From: Nitrospirota bacterium
GTDB taxonomy: Bacteria > Nitrospirota > Thermodesulfovibrionia > Thermodesulfovibrionales > JdFR-86
DNA length: 13,697 nucleotides
Reading direction: 5' to 3'
Assembly: GCA_963721805.1 (NCBI GenBank)
Contig: CAVRJY010000009.1
Coordinates: 1-13,697, forward strand
The translations under genes and the position numbers were made by a program. The notes beneath the pieces were generated by a model, which was not told where the DNA came from, made no database searches, and was given only the letters and a program-made list of their open reading frames with translations. Position 1 is the stretch's first letter. Each line of letters opens with the position of its first letter. Shown piece by piece: positions 10,226 through 13,697 of this stretch.

Positions 10226-10389
10226 GAAAGTCGCGCGAAATCGCTTGATACTGCGTCAGTGCTTCAAAGACGCGCCCTCGGAGTACGTCTCAGTACACCG
10301 TCGGGCGGTCTTCTTGCCCTTCCTTGTCTGCGAGATTTCTCGCGCTTTAATGTGGCCCATGCCTGATCGTGCGAGCGGTCAACGGCATT
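10226..10389 (+). repeat. Structured palindromic repeat, copy 2
   Basis: AAAG(T)CGCG...CGCGCTTT (to 10348) outer stem. Same GTAC-GTCTCA-GTAC apex. 29-nt identity with copy 1 and AAATCGCTTGATAC identical to copy 3. Ends GGTCAACGGCATT (10377-10389). Confidence 0.9.
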
Positions 10390-10460
10390 GATTGGAGTGG
10401 CCCAGCCGCTGCCCTCCGGCCAGTATATGCAAAAAAAGAGATGTGTCCCTATTTGGACTC

Positions 10461-10892
10461 TTAGGGAGCTTGAGCACCAAAAAGCCCAGCAAGGCGAAAC
10501 TTTCCATCATCTTCCTTAATAACAACTATTCTTTCATAGAACTTGCCAGCAGTGTATGTGTTTAAATAATTAAATGCATAAATCTCTCCTTGATAACCAG
10601 TGGACTGATCTGTCTTTGAATATGCCATGTCGATATATTTGGATTCTCCTGGGGTACCGAATTGTTGCCTGCCAAGAGTAAGGTTTGCAATAAAGGATTC
10701 TTTGGTGACCTTTGTTTTGAACCATTTACTCATCTGAGTATTCCAAAGTTTCTCGAACTGCTTTTGTTGAATGGAAGTTAGAATATCCTTTGAGGCTTTT
10801 ACTGCCTCGTCCTGATCAGCTGCCCAGGAAACGGCTGAGAAAGACAAAATCAGGCACGAAAAAAATAACAACCTGGCAAGTTGCGTTTTCAT
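10461..10892 (-). CDS. Exported DUF4019-like protein (143 aa)
   Basis: GAAGGAGG RBS. Signal peptide MKTQLARLLFFSCLILSFSAVSWA. Pattern FEKLW..MSKWFK..VTKESF..RQQFG and C-terminal YERIVVIKEDDGKFRLAG typical of DUF4019 (family call by pattern recognition). Confidence 0.7.
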   Translation of the reverse strand: MKTQLARLLFFSCLILSFSAVSWAADQDEAVKASKDILTSIQQKQFEKLWNTQMSKWFKTKVTKESFIANLTLGRQQFGTPGESKYIDMAYSKTDQSTGYQGEIYAFNYLNTYTAGKFYERIVVIKEDDGKFRLAGLFGAQAP

Positions 10893-10913
10893 ACATAATC
10901 CTCCTTCATATTA

Positions 10914-11431
10914 TTAACTGCACCTTCTTTCGATTCGAGATTCTGGCGGGGATTTGGACCAATCATAAATTGTGGATTCAGGACATTCTGAATTCAGTTT
11001 CGTGGGAATATTTCCGACATCATCTGATCCCTTCATCCCCTGTGATTCATGTGCTACCCTGATAGCCTCGGTCCTTGCCTGTACCGGTGATTTATGTGTC
11101 GGATTCTTCCTCTGTGATTCATGTGCTACCCTGATAGTCTCGATCCCTGCCTGCACCGGTAATTTTTTTGTCGGATCCATCCCCTGTGATTCATGTGTCG
11201 CATCCATCCCCTGTGATTTAAATTCCGGATGTAACGTAACGTAGCCAAATTCTACAGTTCCAGTTAAAAGAAAAAGGAAAACTACAAGTTTTGCCCAGAC
11301 AGGTGAATTCCGAAAAAAACAAGAGCAAGTCCGGCGAGAATCAGACACATTAAACAGAGAGCACCAAGTCGGCTTTGTGCCGCTTCTTTTAATAATTCTG
11401 GAAGATATTTGAATGTTTCCCACACACCCAT
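10914..11431 (-). CDS. Hypothetical membrane protein, 2 N-terminal TM helices plus 24-aa repeats; one frameshift at the A7 run 11313-11319
   Basis: AAGGAG then 7 nt to ATG at 11431 gives MGVWETFKYLPELLKEAAQSRLGALCLMCLILAGLALVFF. Adding one base in the homopolymer joins it to RNSPVWAKLVVFLFLLTGTVEFGYV of the tracked ORF. Its stop lies just upstream of the DUF4019-like gene's RBS. Confidence 0.7.
11034..11220. repeat. 72-nt in-frame tandem repeat (2 full units plus 2 partial units)
   Basis: Units start at 11034, 11106, 11178 and 11205. CTGTGATTCATGTGCTACCCTGATAG occurs twice; CATCCCCTGTGATT occurs three times. Encodes (IRVA/AT)HESQ(G/R) repeats on the minus strand. Confidence 0.9.
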
Positions 11432-11661
11432 GTCCATTCTCCTTGACATTTTCCCAGATTTCGTCGAAGGTTGTTAGCCCTTACTTAGCCATTATCTTAA
11501 ACGTTTTGTTTTTGTAAGTCAATGGTTTCGAATTGCTTTCATTAAGCCGAAATACAACAGAAAAAGAGTGACTGAGCCCGTTTCCATTGATATCCGCATC
11601 ATTGTGCAATTTAGGCTTCAGCGCTGATAACACGATAGGATGTGCAGATTGTGTTGATTCA

Positions 11662-11876
11662 GTCGCATTAGGCAAGCCCGGCGAGAGGGCCGAAGTATTT
11701 ATCGGGGAATGGATTACCCATCGTCGTGTCTGAGGCCATGTATGGCCGAGTTGACGATGGGTCGATAAATACGAGGCATAAGCTCGCCATCCTTGGGCGC
11801 AGCCGGTGCGGCGAGTTTTTATCCAACTTTTGGCGGTCCAAAAGTTGGCGCGGGTATGGGAGCGCGCAGCTCCCAT
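11662..11876. other. Multi-hairpin non-coding element (long stem-loop plus two short perfect hairpins)
   Basis: Nested pairs: GTCGCAT/GTGCGGC, GGCGAG/CTCGCC, GTATTTATCG (11695-11704)/CGATAAATAC (11763-11772), ACCCATCGTC (11716-11725)/GACGATGGGT (11753-11762), GGCCA/TGGCC. Then CCAACTTTTGG-N4-CCAAAAGTTGG (11823-11848) and ATGGGAGC-N5-GCTCCCAT (11856-11876). Confidence 0.75.
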
Positions 11877-12089
11877 TGTTCGGTCACTAACTATAGTTAA
11901 TCGTAAGTTAGTAGAAAACGCATGGGAATCAAATTATTTATCAACTTCGGTTTATATATAAACATTAGTTCCATGGACTTTTCGGATTAGTTGTGATTCA
12001 ATACGGGATGATGCACATATGCTTATTTTTGAGAGTGTGTAAATCGCTGAGCGGCGTCTCGGAAAATGCCTTTGAGCACCCCGCTGGCG

Positions 12090-12274
12090 CATCCGAACAA
12101 ACAGCCGGATTTGGGGCTAAAACATCCGAACATCCGAACACGAATTACAAAGAAAAGCTAAATTATCCGCAGAGTTATGCGCAGTATTGCGCCCAGCATC
12201 CGAACGAAAAACGACAAAAACGCGCGCGCACGCGCGCGGAATGCATAACTATACCTAAGCGAGCGCATCCGAAC
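12090..12274 (+). repeat. Five exact direct copies of CATCCGAAC
   Basis: At 12090, 12123, 12131, 12197 and 12266. Confidence 0.85.
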
Positions 12275-12276
12275 AC

Positions 12277-12449
12277 GCCGTTGACCTTGTGGGGCGCGGG
12301 GGGCTTCCGTTATCCTCTCCCCCCGAAAGCGCGCCCAAATTGTCTTCAGACAAGGCAGGGCGAGAAGGCCGCCCGATGGTGTACTGTGACGTACATAGAG
12401 GGCGAGTCTTTGATGCCCAACGACGTATCAAGCGATTTGGCGCGCTTTC
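12277..12449 (-). repeat. Structured palindromic repeat, copy 3 (inverted)
   Basis: Reverse complement reads GAAAGCGCGCCAAATCGCTTGATAC...CGCCCTCTATGTACGTCACAGTACACCATCGGGCG...ATTTGGGCGCGCTTTCGGGGGGAGAG...GCCCCCCGCGCCCCACAAGGTCAACGGC, colinear with copies 1 and 2. Confidence 0.9.
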
Positions 12450-12509
12450 ACCCCTCTTACTATTACTTGCGGAATTTGATAGTATATGGGTGTATATAGG
12501 GGGTAAACC

Positions 12510-13211
12510 GTGGTAGGGGCTGAACTCGACATAACCTCCAACGACCTGACTGTGCTCATGAATGCCGTGAGCCAGGCCCAGAGGGCGCTGAAGGGTGCGG
12601 TGCAGAATGCCGCCGGCTCTCAGGCCGATTCCGGCGCTGGGGCGGCCAGTTCGACACAGCCAACATCCTCGGTCGCCATGATCGGCAGCACGCAGGATGA
12701 GCGCGCTATAGCGCTTGAGATCCAAAAGCTCCAGCAGCGCGAGAAGGCCGTCATCGCGCACGAGCAGGCCCACAAGGCGGCAGGTGGCCAATACGCCGGC
12801 CCCGCCACTTACACATACACCCTCGGCCCTGACAAGAAAGACTACATCTCGGGCGGCGAGGTCTCGATAGACGTCTCGGACGAGAGCACCCCTCAAAAGA
12901 CGATCCCGAAGATGCAGCAGGTCCGCGCGGCCGCGCTCGCCCCGATGGACCCCTCAGCGCAGGATATGTCAGTGGCCGCCACAGCGACGCAGAAAGAGGC
13001 TGACGCGAGGCAGGAGGTCTATGCCGAGCAGGTGGAGGCCGCAAGGCAGGCTGAGGCCGGTCAGGAGGGGAATTCCAGCGCCAAGGCCTCGAGCTCAGGC
13101 GCGAGCGCTAACAATGCGGGCGCTGCGGCATCCGCGATCCTCTCTAACGCCTACGGCGGGGCGTCAGCAAGATCCCTGGCGGTCGGGGCCTCGGTTTCGG
13201 TATACGCTTAG
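12510..13211 (+). CDS. SprA-related family protein (putative HExxH metalloprotease-like)
   Basis: LQQREKAVIAHEQAHKAAGGQYAG..YTYTLGPD..YISGGEVSID..PQKTIPKMQQVRAAALAPMDPSAQD, the characteristic SprA-related core. Low-complexity A/S flanks. GTG start after GGGGGT. Confidence 0.85.
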   Translation: MVGAELDITSNDLTVLMNAVSQAQRALKGAVQNAAGSQADSGAGAASSTQPTSSVAMIGSTQDERAIALEIQKLQQREKAVIAHEQAHKAAGGQYAGPATYTYTLGPDKKDYISGGEVSIDVSDESTPQKTIPKMQQVRAAALAPMDPSAQDMSVAATATQKEADARQEVYAEQVEAARQAEAGQEGNSSAKASSSGASANNAGAAASAILSNAYGGASARSLAVGASVSVYA

Positions 13212-13222
13212 GCCTCGCCAGA

Positions 13223-13558
13223 CTAAACTATGCCAGCGCCGCCTTCTAGGTACTCTTTCAGCTGGTCTATGGGCTTAGGGAGCCCGGCGATCTTATATGC
13301 GATCAGCGGCTCAATGAACTTTTCGGCCACGCAGCCCTTGGGCTCGTGCACGTTGCGGCAGACGTGGCCCAGGATGGGGATGAATGAGTATTTCATGTAG
13401 TAGTCCCTCATGAACTTGATCATCTCCATCTTGTCCGGTGTAAGCTCTTCGATGCCAGCCCGTTCGGCCAGTATGCATGCGACCTTTTCGTTCCAGTCGT
13501 TTGGGTCGATCAGGTATCCCTCGTCGTCGATGCGTAGCTCCTGCTGCACCTGTGCCAT
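13223..13558 (-). CDS. DsrC/TusE-family protein lacking both C-terminal cysteines (RspA-like)
   Basis: IDDEGYLIDPNDWNEKVA..LA..GIEELT..IKFMRDYY and AYKIAGLPKP. GAGGAGG RBS 5 nt upstream of the ATG. Confidence 0.88.
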   Translation of the reverse strand: MAQVQQELRIDDEGYLIDPNDWNEKVACILAERAGIEELTPDKMEMIKFMRDYYMKYSFIPILGHVCRNVHEPKGCVAEKFIEPLIAYKIAGLPKPIDQLKEYLEGGAGIV

Positions 13559-13599
13559 GTCATCCTCCTCTGAGCCCGTTGGTATCGTTCAACCCAAGA

Positions 13600-13626
13600 A
13601 TTATCACAGAACGCCGGTGCTGTCAA
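13600..13626 (-). promoter_or_regulatory. Putative sigma70 promoter of the dsrC-like gene
   Basis: Minus strand TTGACA (13626-13621), 15 nt, then GATAAT (13605-13600) preceded by TGn. The spacer is short, possibly from an indel. Confidence 0.5.
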
Positions 13627-13697
13627 TCGGGGGGCGATGGGGCTGCTGCAATGGGGCAGCGGCCAGGAGGGGGTGCGGTTCAATCGCGTTCGACCGC

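Noticed and set aside
10441..10460. GTCC-CTATTT-GGAC mini-hairpin after the DUF4019-like stop, as a terminator or REP half-site
   Set aside because: The 4-bp stem is too weak and there is no second copy in the window.
11034..11220. 72-nt periodic repeat as a CRISPR array
   Set aside because: The would-be spacers are themselves similar, the period is a multiple of 3 inside an ORF, and no cas genes are present.
11662..11812. 6S RNA
   Set aside because: It has a one-sided 11-nt bulge instead of a large two-sided central bubble and lies in accessory DNA; kept only as an unassigned structured element.
12238..12265. dif-like XerCD site (GGAATGCATAA-CTATAC-CTAAGCGAGCG)
   Set aside because: The left arm resembles a XerC arm, but the right arm matches TTATGTTAAAT at only 4 of 11 positions.
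11481..12499. ORFs 11481-11876 (-) and 11993-12499 (+)
   Set aside because: No RBS or recognisable domain; they run through hairpins and short repeats and are probably spurious.
13628..13697. GC-rich short stems at the window end
   Set aside because: Truncated by the window edge and too short to assign.

Overview
GC-rich bacterial chromosomal segment. Gene content and order suggest a Nitrospirota/Desulfobacterota-like organism (inference). Many frameshifts fall in housekeeping genes and are most simply read as uncorrected long-read indels. Core genes: CHASE2 class III adenylate cyclase (5'-truncated), hemW (-), an operon [small conserved hypothetical]-ftsE-ftsX-envC-like-S41 C-terminal protease-DEDDy exonuclease, MarC, a SprA-related HExxH protein and a DsrC/TusE-family protein lacking the C-terminal cysteines. 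Two AT-richer islets interrupt this backbone (~2160-3360 and ~10390-12270). The most notable signal is a ~160-185 nt structured non-coding repeat present in three diverged copies (1972-2156 +, 10226-10389 +, 12277-12449 -). Each copy folds into a long hairpin with compensatory base changes and ends in an invariant GGTCAACGGC that faces the AT-rich DNA. Copies 2 and 3 bracket islet 2 as inverted repeats. Islet 2 also holds a second multi-hairpin element, five CATCCGAAC repeats and a two-gene membrane/DUF4019-like operon. No transposase or integrase is visible in the window.
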